NCBI GenBank assembly: GCA_039934635.1
Contig: JBDTLT010000002.1
Span: 4,963-68,962, forward strand
Direction: 5' to 3'
DNA length: 64,000 nt
From: Acidimicrobiales bacterium
Lineage (GTDB): Bacteria; Actinomycetota; Acidimicrobiia; Acidimicrobiales; WLNW01
The translations under genes were made by a program, and so were the position numbers. The notes beneath the pieces are model-generated. The model had not been told where the DNA came from, searched no databases, and was given only the letters and a program-made list of their open reading frames with translations. Below are positions 20,130 through 29,120 of the stretch, in pieces. Within the stretch, counting starts at the first letter, position 1. Each line of letters opens with the position of its first letter.

Positions 20130-20536
20130 CGCTTCAACCCCTCGAGGTTGCGCCGCCAGATCCGCTTCATCACCGGCGCGCCGACGCGGGCGCCAATGGG
20201 TCCGCCCATCCAGAGCGGGAACGCGAGCTCCTCCTCCCAGATGAATTCGGTGTGCCCGTCACCCACGGCGCGCAGCTCGAATCGGCCCTTGCCGGTCACG
20301 GCGCCCACATGCGAAACGCCCATCGTCGCGCCCGGAACCCATTCGATGATCTCCATGCGGTCGGTGAGCCGTATGGGGCCGATCTTGGTTTCGCAGTCGA
20401 ACGTCGTGCCGACACCGCTCGTCGACGCCGACGTGAAGCGTATGGCGACCGCGTCGGCCATCCAGTTGACGTGGGAAGCGATGTCTTCGACGCTGTGCCA
20501 CACCACCGACGGTGCACGATCGATGATGATAGACAC
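20111..20536 (-). CDS. SRPBCC (polyketide cyclase/dehydrase-like) family protein
   Basis: C-terminal part of ORF 20111..21244. GTG at 20536 (VSIIIDRAPSVVWHSVEDIASHVNWMADAV..) or GTG at 20551. Typical SRPBCC N-terminus. Confidence 0.7.
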   Translation of the reverse strand: MSIIIDRAPSVVWHSVEDIASHVNWMADAVAIRFTSASTSGVGTTFDCETKIGPIRLTDRMEIIEWVPGATMGVSHVGAVTGKGRFELRAVGDGHTEFIWEEELAFPLWMGGPIGARVGAPVMKRIWRRNLEGLKRQVENA

Positions 20537-20542
20537 TCGAAT

Positions 20543-21310
20543 GTGGGCCACCCCGATGATCGTAGCGACAGGCCCCGACCAGACGTTGATCAGCGCGACG
20601 ACAACGAGCGCTATGACATCGAGTTCTACTGGGACCCGATCTGTCCGTTCGCGTGGATCACGTCGCGTTGGATCGTGAAGGTCGCGGCACAGCGCGACTT
20701 TCGGGTCGACTGGCGCTTCATCGGTCTGCGGTTCCTCAACGAGCACCGCGATTACGCCGAGTTCCCGGCGAACTACATGGCGTTGCACACCATGGGCCAA
20801 CGCATGCTGCGCGTCGCGGCGGCGGCCCGCGCGGCGACCGGCCGCTCGACCATGGGCGCGCTCTACACGGCATACGGTGAATCGATCTGGCACCGCAAAC
20901 GCGTCGCCGGCATCGATGCCTTCGATGGCATCGCCAGCACCGCGCACCTTCGCACTTCGCTGGAGCAGGCCGGTCTCGACGCATCGTTTGCCGACGCGGC
21001 TGATGACGCGCAATACGATGACGAGTTGCGCGAGGAGGTCGCGACCGCGCTGTCGCGTACCGGCCCTGGTGTCGGCACGCCGGTCGTCGTGTTCGAGCCG
21101 CCCGACGGCATGGCCTTCTTCGGTCCGGTGATCAGTCGCATTCCTGACGATGCCGATGCGTTGCGCCTGTGGGATGCCGTGTTGACGCTCGGCTCGTGGC
21201 CGGGATTCGCCGAGATCAAACGCACGATGCGGGAGATGCCGCAACTGCCGCTACTTAGCCTCGATCCACCGCAACGGACTGGCGGCTCCGCTGCGGAAAC
21301 GAATTCATAG
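20543..21310 (+). CDS. DsbA-like thioredoxin-fold protein, Rv2466c-like, with monothiol CPFA site
   Basis: C-terminal part of ORF 19625..21310. The nearest in-frame start is the GTG at 20543. FYWDPICPFAWITSRWI.. and ..GTPVVVF..FFGPVISRIP..LWDAV.. resemble the mycobacterial DsbA-like reductase as I recall it. Confidence 0.78.
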   Translation: MGHPDDRSDRPRPDVDQRDDNERYDIEFYWDPICPFAWITSRWIVKVAAQRDFRVDWRFIGLRFLNEHRDYAEFPANYMALHTMGQRMLRVAAAARAATGRSTMGALYTAYGESIWHRKRVAGIDAFDGIASTAHLRTSLEQAGLDASFADAADDAQYDDELREEVATALSRTGPGVGTPVVVFEPPDGMAFFGPVISRIPDDADALRLWDAVLTLGSWPGFAEIKRTMREMPQLPLLSLDPPQRTGGSAAETNS

Positions 21311-22057
21311 CTTGCGGTAGACGCTCACGTGGGTGGTCGATTCGTCGTCGTACGGCTCGCCGTGCCAACCGCTGTGGCGCGTCGCCAACGCGAGGTCGGC
21401 ACTCGCAGCAAAGGCGTCGAGCTCATCGGGGGTTGCGTAGCAGAGCTGCCACGGCCGCAGCCGCACGCCGGCCGGCCCGATCTCGATGTGGCTGCCGGTG
21501 ATCAGATGGTCGTGATGCGTGCGAGTGGCGGCAGTCAGCACCACCGCGTCGTCGCGGATCTCGCGTACCGACACACCGTCGTCGGCGGCTTCGCCCGGCA
21601 ATGGAGGGACGAATGCCTCGACGACGAACACGCCGTCGGGCACGAGCACGCGGGCGACTTCGGCGAAGCAGGTGCTGATGCGATCGTGGCCGACGAGATT
21701 GAAGAGTGTGTTGAAGGCAACGAGAACCAACGAGAAGGTCGACGCAAAAGGCAATTCGGCCATGTCGCCGAACACGGCGTGCACACGAACCGCGTCGGTC
21801 TTCGCGCGCAGCACCGCGAGCATCTCACCGGAGGCATCGATGCCGACGACATCGAGACCGGCGTGGGCCAGCGGCAATGCGATGCGCCCGGTGCCCACGC
21901 CGAGCTCGAGAACGCGCCCACCGTGCGCCAACTCGCGCACACGGGCAACGGTCGCCGCGACATCGGAGACATCGCTGTACCACGCGTCGTAGACGTCGGC
22001 GAAGCTGCGTCCGTAGCTACCCACGTCGAAAAGCGGCGGTCGAGGCGATTGACCCAT
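21305..22057 (-). CDS. Class I SAM-dependent methyltransferase
   Basis: ATG at 22057 (MGQSPRPPLFDVGSYGRSFADVYDAWY..). Motif I VLELGVGTGRIALPLA. Confidence 0.8.
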   Translation of the reverse strand: MGQSPRPPLFDVGSYGRSFADVYDAWYSDVSDVAATVARVRELAHGGRVLELGVGTGRIALPLAHAGLDVVGIDASGEMLAVLRAKTDAVRVHAVFGDMAELPFASTFSLVLVAFNTLFNLVGHDRISTCFAEVARVLVPDGVFVVEAFVPPLPGEAADDGVSVREIRDDAVVLTAATRTHHDHLITGSHIEIGPAGVRLRPWQLCYATPDELDAFAASADLALATRHSGWHGEPYDDESTTHVSVYRKL

Positions 22058-22150
22058 GGCGCGAGTCTTTCGCGGTACGCGACAGAATGGGATGCCCTGG
22101 CCCTCCGCTCTGTGAGGCCGCTCGGGTCTTAGCAAGGAGCCCTACGTAGC

Positions 22151-23116
22151 GTGACCCAGCCCTATCAGGCTCCCAACCCGCTTTGGGTCGCGCCCGATGC
22201 GGAGCCGGGTGGGACCGAGGCTCTGGTCGGGCCGGCTGATGTCGTGCCGTCGGGCACGATCAGCGCCGAGCGGGTGCGCCAACTGCGTCTGCGCCAACGA
22301 TCGGATACGACCTTCCCGGTGCGCTTGCGACCGATGCGTCTCGTCGACGTCATGGATGGCGCGTTCGCTGTATTGAAGTCGCAGCCGCGCGCGGTGACCT
22401 TGCTGCTCCTGCCGATGGTGTTGCCGGTCAGCCTGCTGCAGGCCTACCTCGGGCGCGGCTCGGGCAATGCGTCCATCGTCGAGTTCTTCAGTTCGCCCGG
22501 GCGATTCGGGCGCATCGTCAACGATCAAGGCTGGAGCGCGATCGTGTATCTCCTCGATCTCATGGTGCTGTCGATCAGCGGCGCGCTCATGGGAAAGATG
22601 CTGGCGCTGTGGTTCGAAGGCAAGGTCCCTGATGCCGCGGTCGTACTGCGCGCCAGCGGGCGTATCGTGCCGCGCGCGCTGGCGGCGTTCGTTCTCGTGC
22701 ATCTCATCGAAGCGGTTGCGGCCGTCGGCCTGGGCGTCGGCACCTTGCTCGTCATCCCGTTGGTCAGCCTGACGAGCCCGGTGATCGGCATCGAGAACAT
22801 CGGCCCTGTCGCGGCGGTGCGCCGTTCATGGGCGCTCACTCGACGCCACTACAAGCACACGTGCGCGTTCGCGCTGTTCGGCGCGTCGGTCGTGTTCTTG
22901 CTCGGTGTGTTGTTCGGTTGGTTGCCGTCGACGATCGCCGCGGGCTTGGGCGACGACGGTTACGGATGGGTTGTCGTGGGCCTCGCTTCGGTCATGTTCG
23001 CCACGATCACCACCGCCTTCATCGCCATCGCCGCGGTCATCTTCTATCTCGACCTACGGGTGCGCAGCGAAGGCATGGACATCGAGATCCTCGCGAGTGA
23101 GTTGTTTCCGCAATGA
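22151..23116 (+). CDS. Polytopic membrane protein (glycerophosphodiester-phosphodiesterase-membrane-domain-like), first gene of the MoxR module
   Basis: 321 aa, GTG start after AAGGAG. About 6 TM segments with a Pro-rich N-terminus. It directly precedes the DUF4129 gene. Confidence 0.65.
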   Translation: MTQPYQAPNPLWVAPDAEPGGTEALVGPADVVPSGTISAERVRQLRLRQRSDTTFPVRLRPMRLVDVMDGAFAVLKSQPRAVTLLLLPMVLPVSLLQAYLGRGSGNASIVEFFSSPGRFGRIVNDQGWSAIVYLLDLMVLSISGALMGKMLALWFEGKVPDAAVVLRASGRIVPRALAAFVLVHLIEAVAAVGLGVGTLLVIPLVSLTSPVIGIENIGPVAAVRRSWALTRRHYKHTCAFALFGASVVFLLGVLFGWLPSTIAAGLGDDGYGWVVVGLASVMFATITTAFIAIAAVIFYLDLRVRSEGMDIEILASELFPQ

Positions 23117-23141
23117 ATCCGCATAGCAGTCGTCGTCTCGC

Positions 23142-23801
23142 ATGAGAAGGATCTATTGCTTTTCGTTGGCGCTGTTGCTCGCCGACCTCCCGACTCCTGA
23201 TCCACCACCCGGCGTCGTCAAGGACAAAGCCGATCAGATCCTGAGCGATAGCCAGTTCCGCAGTGGTTCGAAGAACCTCGCGCAACGTGTGGTCGATTGG
23301 CTCTTGAAGCAGATCAAAGTCCCGTTCTCCAGCGCCGCCGGAGGCAACACCGTCGTCGGTTTCATCATCCTCATCGTGTGCCTGGCGGCCTTGGCCTACG
23401 TCATCTCGCGCATCCGGTTCGGTTTGCCCGCGTCCGCCAGCCGCGCCGACGCCCCTACCATCGACATCGAAGAGGATCGTCCCGCCGATGTGTGGCGGGC
23501 CGATGCCTTGGCCGCCGAAGCGGCGGGTCAGTGGAAGCTCGCGCTACGGGCCCGTTATCGATGGTTGTTGGGCGAACTGTTCGATCGGCAGGTGCTCGTC
23601 AACGTGCCCGGCCGCACTCCCGGTGAATATCGCGGCGACATGACGCGCGCGCTCCCAGACCAATCGAGCGCGTTCGCGACCGCCACCGATCTCTTCGAAC
23701 GGGCGTGGTACGGCAACGAGTCGACCGGGCCCGAGGAGAACAGTCGGTTCCGGATGTGTGCCGAACAGGTTCTCACCGCTGCAGCGCGAGTGCTCGCATG
23801 A
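23142..23801 (+). CDS. DUF4129 domain-containing membrane protein
   Basis: 219 aa with an N-terminal signal/TM, a central TM (VVGFIILIVCLAALAYVI), and a C-terminal ..TPGEYRGDM...LFERAWYGNES.. pattern typical of DUF4129. Confidence 0.65.
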   Translation: MRRIYCFSLALLLADLPTPDPPPGVVKDKADQILSDSQFRSGSKNLAQRVVDWLLKQIKVPFSSAAGGNTVVGFIILIVCLAALAYVISRIRFGLPASASRADAPTIDIEEDRPADVWRADALAAEAAGQWKLALRARYRWLLGELFDRQVLVNVPGRTPGEYRGDMTRALPDQSSAFATATDLFERAWYGNESTGPEENSRFRMCAEQVLTAAARVLA

Positions 23802-24901
23802 GCGGCTCGCGTCGCGGGGTGCTGTGGGTCGCGCTCGTCGTGATCATCGTCGTCGCGTTCGCGATCGTGGGTCGCGGCGATGGGCACTCGACGCAGCCGC
23901 TTGCCCCCGACAGCACGGCGGCATCGGGGATGCGGGCGCTGGTGTTGCTGGCCGAGTCATTCGGGGCCGACGTCGACGTCATCGACGGTGCGCCCGCCGC
24001 GGACCGCACGGTGGCGTTCATGCCCGCCGATCGATACGGCCGCACCGATACATCCGACATGCGCCTCTGGGTGCGCAACGGTGGCATCCTCGTCGTTGCC
24101 GACCCGCAGTCGTCGTTCGTGCCACGACTCGGCGGTCTGCTCGGATCGGGTGTCGTTCAGGACGACAGTCTCGACGCCGGTGATTGCACGATCGGGGCAC
24201 TGTCCCAAGCGCAGACCGTGCGGGTCGAAGGAGCCTTCCTCTTCCGGCCACCGACACCGTCGACGCGTTGCTTCACCGTCAGCGGTGACGCGCTGATCGT
24301 CGCGATCCCCGAAGGCAAGGGCACCATCGTCGCAGTCGGAGGCTCGTCGATCTTTCAGAACGGTCACCTCGATGACGCCGACAATGCGGTGGTCGCGGTC
24401 AGCCTTCTGGCGCCCAAGCAAGGCACCAAAGTGGCGTTCGTGCGCGGTCCGTCGTTCGGTTCGGGCGACGAGACGTTGTGGGGTTTGATCCGGCCGGGTA
24501 TCCGCTATGGCCTGCTCCAGATCGCGCTCGCGTTCGTTGTCTTCGCGATCTGGAGGGGACGCCGCCTCGGCCGTCCCGTGCTCGAGATACCGCGCATCGA
24601 GATCGAAGGCTCGGAGTTCGTCGAAGCGGTCGGTCATCTGCTCGAACGCACGAACTCGCCGACCTACGCGGCGGCGGTACTGCGCGCCGATGCGCGGCGA
24701 GAGATCGCGCGCCGCATCGGGGGAGGGCGAGCGGACGACGCCGAGTCGCTGGCGGCGCTGCTCGACGTGCGGCTCGGCGCCGATCGCAATCGCGTCCGAG
24801 CGTTGCTCATCGACCAGCCCGTCGCGAACGAGGACGAACTCGTCGCGCTCGCTCAACAACTGCAGTCGCTTCGTCAGGAGGTTCTGAGTGGCAAACGATG
24901 A
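23798..24901 (+). CDS. DUF4350 domain-containing protein
   Basis: The ATG at 23798 overlaps the DUF4129 stop (ATGA). N-terminal TM, then ..[19 protein letters not shown].. and ..[10 protein letters not shown].. as in DUF4350. Confidence 0.65.
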   Translation: MSGSRRGVLWVALVVIIVVAFAIVGRGDGHSTQPLAPDSTAASGMRALVLLAESFGADVDVIDGAPAADRTVAFMPADRYGRTDTSDMRLWVRNGGILVVADPQSSFVPRLGGLLGSGVVQDDSLDAGDCTIGALSQAQTVRVEGAFLFRPPTPSTRCFTVSGDALIVAIPEGKGTIVAVGGSSIFQNGHLDDADNAVVAVSLLAPKQGTKVAFVRGPSFGSGDETLWGLIRPGIRYGLLQIALAFVVFAIWRGRRLGRPVLEIPRIEIEGSEFVEAVGHLLERTNSPTYAAAVLRADARREIARRIGGGRADDAESLAALLDVRLGADRNRVRALLIDQPVANEDELVALAQQLQSLRQEVLSGKR

Positions 24902-25979
24902 AGGTGTGAATCCACCGCCCCCACCACCGCCCGCGCCGCCCCCACCGCCGCCCGCGCCCGGCGGGGCCTACCCGCCGCCGAGCTACGAACCGCCGGTGCG
25001 TTCGACCGCGCCGTCGTCCGCCTCGACCGACGACAGCGCGCGCGAACCGATCCTTGCGATCCGCCGCGAGATCGCGAAGGCCGTCGTCGGTCAAGACGGC
25101 GTGCTGTCGGGGTTGGTCGCGGCGCTGCTCGTCCGCGGCCACGTGTTGCTCGAAGGAGTACCCGGCGTCGCCAAGACATTGTTGGTGAAGACGCTCGCGG
25201 CATCGCTCGATCTCGACTTCAAGCGAATCCAGTTCACGCCCGATCTCATGCCGTCGGATGTGCTCGGCCAGATGATCTATATGCAAGAGGAGAGCACTTT
25301 CCGCTTCCGCGAAGGACCGGTGTTCACCAACTTGTTGCTCGCCGATGAGATCAACCGCACACCACCGAAGACGCAGTCTGCTCTGCTCGAAGTCATGGAG
25401 GAGCGACAGGTGTCCGTCGACGGGCGCAGCCGCGCGTTGCCCGATCCGTTCGTGGTTGTCGCGACGCAGAACCCTGTCGAGTACGAAGGCACCTATCCGT
25501 TGCCCGAGGCGCAACTCGATCGCTTCTTGTTCAAGCTGACGGTCGCGTATCCAACAGCCGAGCAAGAGCACGAGGTCGTCCGGCGCCACGATCGTGGGCT
25601 CAACCCCCACGACCTCGCGTCGGTCGGTGTGCATGCGGTCGCCAATGTGGCCGACCTGGCACGCGCTCGTGAACAGGTGGGCGCGGTGCGCGTCGAAGAC
25701 CCGGTGCTCGGTTACATGGTCGCGCTCGCCCGTGCGACTCGCGATTCGCCGTCGCTGTCACTCGGTGCATCGCCTCGAGCCACCGCCATGTTGTTGCGTG
25801 CGGCCAAAGCGTGGGCGTGGTTGTCCGGGCGCGCGTACGTGACGCCCGACGAGGTCAAGGCCGTGCTCAAGCCGGCGTTTCGCCATCGCGTACAGCTACG
25901 TCCCGAGTTGGAGCTCGAGGGCGCGACCACCGACTCCGTGCTCGACGGGCTACTCGCCACCGTTCCGGCACCCCGCTAG
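24888..25979 (+). CDS. MoxR-family AAA+ ATPase with proline-rich N-terminal extension
   Basis: Walker [16 protein letters not shown], Walker B LLADEINR, and [20 protein letters not shown] are MoxR hallmarks. The GTG at 24888 overlaps the upstream gene by 14 nt (alternative GTG at 24906). Confidence 0.92.
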   Translation: MANDEGVNPPPPPPPAPPPPPPAPGGAYPPPSYEPPVRSTAPSSASTDDSAREPILAIRREIAKAVVGQDGVLSGLVAALLVRGHVLLEGVPGVAKTLLVKTLAASLDLDFKRIQFTPDLMPSDVLGQMIYMQEESTFRFREGPVFTNLLLADEINRTPPKTQSALLEVMEERQVSVDGRSRALPDPFVVVATQNPVEYEGTYPLPEAQLDRFLFKLTVAYPTAEQEHEVVRRHDRGLNPHDLASVGVHAVANVADLARAREQVGAVRVEDPVLGYMVALARATRDSPSLSLGASPRATAMLLRAAKAWAWLSGRAYVTPDEVKAVLKPAFRHRVQLRPELELEGATTDSVLDGLLATVPAPR

Positions 25980-25986
25980 ACATTCG

Positions 25987-27294
25987 ATGCCCGTACCGAC
26001 TCGCCGGCTCGCAGTGGCTTTCGTCGTTTCGGCGATCGCGCTGGCGCTGAGCGCGTCGCCTCAACCCGAGACGTGGATCGTCGTCATGGCCATTCTCGTG
26101 GGGCTGTCGATCGTCGACTTCGCACTCGCCGTTCGGCCGCGCACCATCGAGATCCACCGCGAGCTTCCCGCGGTCATCGCGCTGGGCACGCCGGCCACGA
26201 TCCGCTGGTCGCTGCGCAATCCCACGCAACGGCCGGCCGTGGTGATCTTCGCCGACGAGCTCGCACCGTCGTTGGGCGCGGCGACGCGGCGAATGCGCAT
26301 GCGCCTGCCTCGGCGGTCTACGGGCAGTGTCGGTGTCGATCTGCGACCGACGCGGCGTGGCGAGTTCCTTGTCGACGAAATCGCGCTGCGCATCGAAGGT
26401 CCGCTGGGTTTGATCGCACGCCAGCGCACCCGCCACGTGCCGATGAGCATCAAGGTCTTCCCGTCGTTTCGTTCGAAGGACGAAGCAGAGTTGCGCATCA
26501 ACAAAGCGCGCATCCTCGAGATCGGCCTGCGGTCCGCGAAGGGCCTCGGGGGCGGTACCGAGTTCGATCAACTGCGCGAGTACACCGTCGACGACGACTT
26601 CCGTCGCGTCGATTGGGCGGCGACCGCGCGGTCGGGTCGAGCGATCGTCCGCACGTATCGGGCCGAGCGCAACCAGACCGTCATCAACCTGCTCGACAAC
26701 GGCCGCGTGATGGCGGGCACGGTAGACGGAGTCGCCCGAGTCGAACATGCGATGGACGCCGTGATGACGCTGACGACGGTGGCCACACGGCTCGGCGATC
26801 GTTGCGGATTGCTCGCGTTCGATCAAGAGGTGAGGGCCGTCGTGCCCGCGTCCAATTCGCGCAGTCAGCTGGGCAAGGTCGTCGAAGCGATGTTCGACCT
26901 CGAGCCCGTGTTCGCCGAAAGCGACTACCGCGGCGCGTTCAATGAGACGATGGTGCGATTCCGTCGCCGTGCGATGCTGGTCATCTTCACCGACCTCGTC
27001 GAGCAAGCGGTGGGCGAGTCATTGCTGCCGTCGCTCGGGTTGATCGCGCGCAATCACGTCGTCGTGATCGCGGCAGTGCAAGATCCGGCCGTCGTCGGCT
27101 GGGCGCAGGGTGCGGCGACGACCGACGAGGACGTGTACCGCAAGGTCGCGGCGATCGGTGCGCTCGAAGAACGACGGCGCACGGTGCTGCGCCTGCAGCG
27201 ACTCGGCGCCACGGTCATCGACGCGCCACCGCGTGCGCTGCCGCTCGCGCTCGCCGACGCCTATCTGAAGGTGAAGGCCACCGGCCGTTTGTGA
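25987..27294 (+). CDS. DUF58 domain-containing protein (vWA-like MoxR partner)
   Basis: 435 aa with two N-terminal TM segments and the DUF58 signature FDQLREYTVDDDFRRVDWAATARSGRAIVRTYRAERNQ. Confidence 0.85.
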   Translation: MPVPTRRLAVAFVVSAIALALSASPQPETWIVVMAILVGLSIVDFALAVRPRTIEIHRELPAVIALGTPATIRWSLRNPTQRPAVVIFADELAPSLGAATRRMRMRLPRRSTGSVGVDLRPTRRGEFLVDEIALRIEGPLGLIARQRTRHVPMSIKVFPSFRSKDEAELRINKARILEIGLRSAKGLGGGTEFDQLREYTVDDDFRRVDWAATARSGRAIVRTYRAERNQTVINLLDNGRVMAGTVDGVARVEHAMDAVMTLTTVATRLGDRCGLLAFDQEVRAVVPASNSRSQLGKVVEAMFDLEPVFAESDYRGAFNETMVRFRRRAMLVIFTDLVEQAVGESLLPSLGLIARNHVVVIAAVQDPAVVGWAQGAATTDEDVYRKVAAIGALEERRRTVLRLQRLGATVIDAPPRALPLALADAYLKVKATGRL

Positions 27295-27301
27295 CGGCCG
27301 G

Positions 27302-28288
27302 TCACCGCGCTTCGCCGAACGAGCCGTTGAACCCTTGCGCAACCGCGTTGCGCCCGAGGATCACGACGTAGCTCCAGAACGTGAGCCCGACGACGGCCCC
27401 GATGCCGACGCGTATCGCGGTCGGCAATCCTGATGGCGTGACGAAGCCTTCGATGATGCCGGCAACGGTGAACGCAAGGATCAACCCGATGAGGATCGAT
27501 ACCGCGCGCCGGCCTTCGTTGGCGAGCGCGCGGGCGCGCGTTTGCTCGCCCGGCGCGATGAGCGCCCACCCGAGACTCAAGCCGGCCGCGCCGGCCACGA
27601 CGATCGCCGAGAGCTCGAGAAGGCCGTGCGGCAGTATGAGGCCGTAGAACTTGGGCCATTTGCCGGCGCTATGGAACAGGCCGGCGGCGACGCCGACGTT
27701 GGCACCGTTGAAGATCAGCAAATACACGGTCGGCAGACAGAACACGATGCCACCGACGAATGCCAGGAACGACACCTGGATGTTGTTGACCAACACCTTG
27801 GTGCTGAAGGCGGCAGCCGCCTCTGACGAGTAGTAATTCTCGAAGTCTTCCTCGAGATAGGCCTGCTGCAATTCGGGCGAGATCGCGACGTCGCGGGCAT
27901 GGTCGCTGTTGGACAGCCACGCGCCGATGCCGATTGCAGGGAGAAACATGAGCAGCGCACTGATGACGACGAAGCGTCGCGCGTGCCAGACCGCGGCGGG
28001 AAAAGTGCGCGAGAAGAACCGGCCGATCGCGCGCCCTGCACGCGCCGGTGTCGAATAGATGACTGCCGACGCCGAGCCGACCGTACGCGAGAGGCGGGCG
28101 GAGAGCGCCGGATCGTTGAAGTTCGTGTGCACATACGACAGATGCGCTGATGCCCTTTGGTACAGCTGGAGCAACCGCTCGACCTCGGGCGGTGACAGCC
28201 TCGAGCCCATGGTGCCGGCACGATCGACGAGCGCGTCGAGCTCGCGCCAAGTGTTTTCGTTGAGCGCCATGTAGCGGTCGATGTCCAC
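27302..28288 (-). CDS. SpoIIM-like (stage II sporulation protein M family / DUF95) membrane protein
   Basis: 328 aa. LILPHGLLELSAIVVAGAAGL motif with multiple TM segments. Start is the GTG at 28288 or the ATG at 28270. Confidence 0.75.
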   Translation of the reverse strand: MDIDRYMALNENTWRELDALVDRAGTMGSRLSPPEVERLLQLYQRASAHLSYVHTNFNDPALSARLSRTVGSASAVIYSTPARAGRAIGRFFSRTFPAAVWHARRFVVISALLMFLPAIGIGAWLSNSDHARDVAISPELQQAYLEEDFENYYSSEAAAAFSTKVLVNNIQVSFLAFVGGIVFCLPTVYLLIFNGANVGVAAGLFHSAGKWPKFYGLILPHGLLELSAIVVAGAAGLSLGWALIAPGEQTRARALANEGRRAVSILIGLILAFTVAGIIEGFVTPSGLPTAIRVGIGAVVGLTFWSYVVILGRNAVAQGFNGSFGEAR

Positions 28289-29111
28289 GCACCTTGTACG
28301 GTACTGGATCGTGGTCGCTACTCAGCGTTCTCCGTCGCGGGGCATCGTCACCCCCGAGGCCGTACTCCTCGACTTCGAAGTCGCCGGCCTCGCGTCGCGG
28401 CTGATGTCGAGGTTGATCGATTGCCTGGTGTTGCTCGGCGGGTTCTGGGCGTTGAGCGTCGGGATCAACTTCATCCAGCTGTCGGTCGGCGACACGGCGG
28501 CCATCGTCGTCGTCATCGTCGGCATGGCCCTGCTCTTCTTCGGCTACCCGATCGTTGCCGAGCTTCGTATGCAAGGTCGCACGCTCGGTCGACGTGCGCT
28601 CGGTCTGCGCGTGGTGACGAACGAAGGCGGACCCATCCGCGCTCGACACGCTGTCGTGCGCAGCCTGTTCCAGCTCATCGATCTTCCGTTCGGTATCGGT
28701 GTGTTGGTCGGTGTCATGACGCCGCGCACGCAACGCTGTGGCGACCTCGCTGCGGGCACCTTCGTCATACGAGAGCCAAAGCAGGACAGGGCCGTCGGTG
28801 CCGTCGTGTTCCCTACGCCGCCGGGCTACGAGGGCTACATCGGCCTGCTCGACGTCGCGACATTGTCGACCGCCCAATACGAGCTCCTGCGCTCCTTCCT
28901 GTTGCGCGTGCTCGAGTTGGACAGCGCTACCCGTACTCGGCTCGCCGATCGGCTGGCGCGGCCGCTGGCCCACCAACTGCGCCACACGCTGCCTCCGACG
29001 ATCGGCGCGGAGATGTTCATCGTGTGTGTCGTGGCCGCGTATCAGCGCCGGCACGGCACGCCGTCGCCCGTCTGGTCGGGCTACGGCTGGACCGCTGCCT
29101 ACCCTCGATAG
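28281..29111 (+). CDS. RDD family membrane protein
   Basis: 276 aa. RLIDCLVLL.., GRTLGRRALGLRVVTNEGGPI.. are typical RDD-domain features. Start is the ATG at 28281 or the GTG at 28311. Confidence 0.7.
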   Translation: MSTHLVRYWIVVATQRSPSRGIVTPEAVLLDFEVAGLASRLMSRLIDCLVLLGGFWALSVGINFIQLSVGDTAAIVVVIVGMALLFFGYPIVAELRMQGRTLGRRALGLRVVTNEGGPIRARHAVVRSLFQLIDLPFGIGVLVGVMTPRTQRCGDLAAGTFVIREPKQDRAVGAVVFPTPPGYEGYIGLLDVATLSTAQYELLRSFLLRVLELDSATRTRLADRLARPLAHQLRHTLPPTIGAEMFIVCVVAAYQRRHGTPSPVWSGYGWTAAYPR

Positions 29112-29120
29112 TCTGATCGG

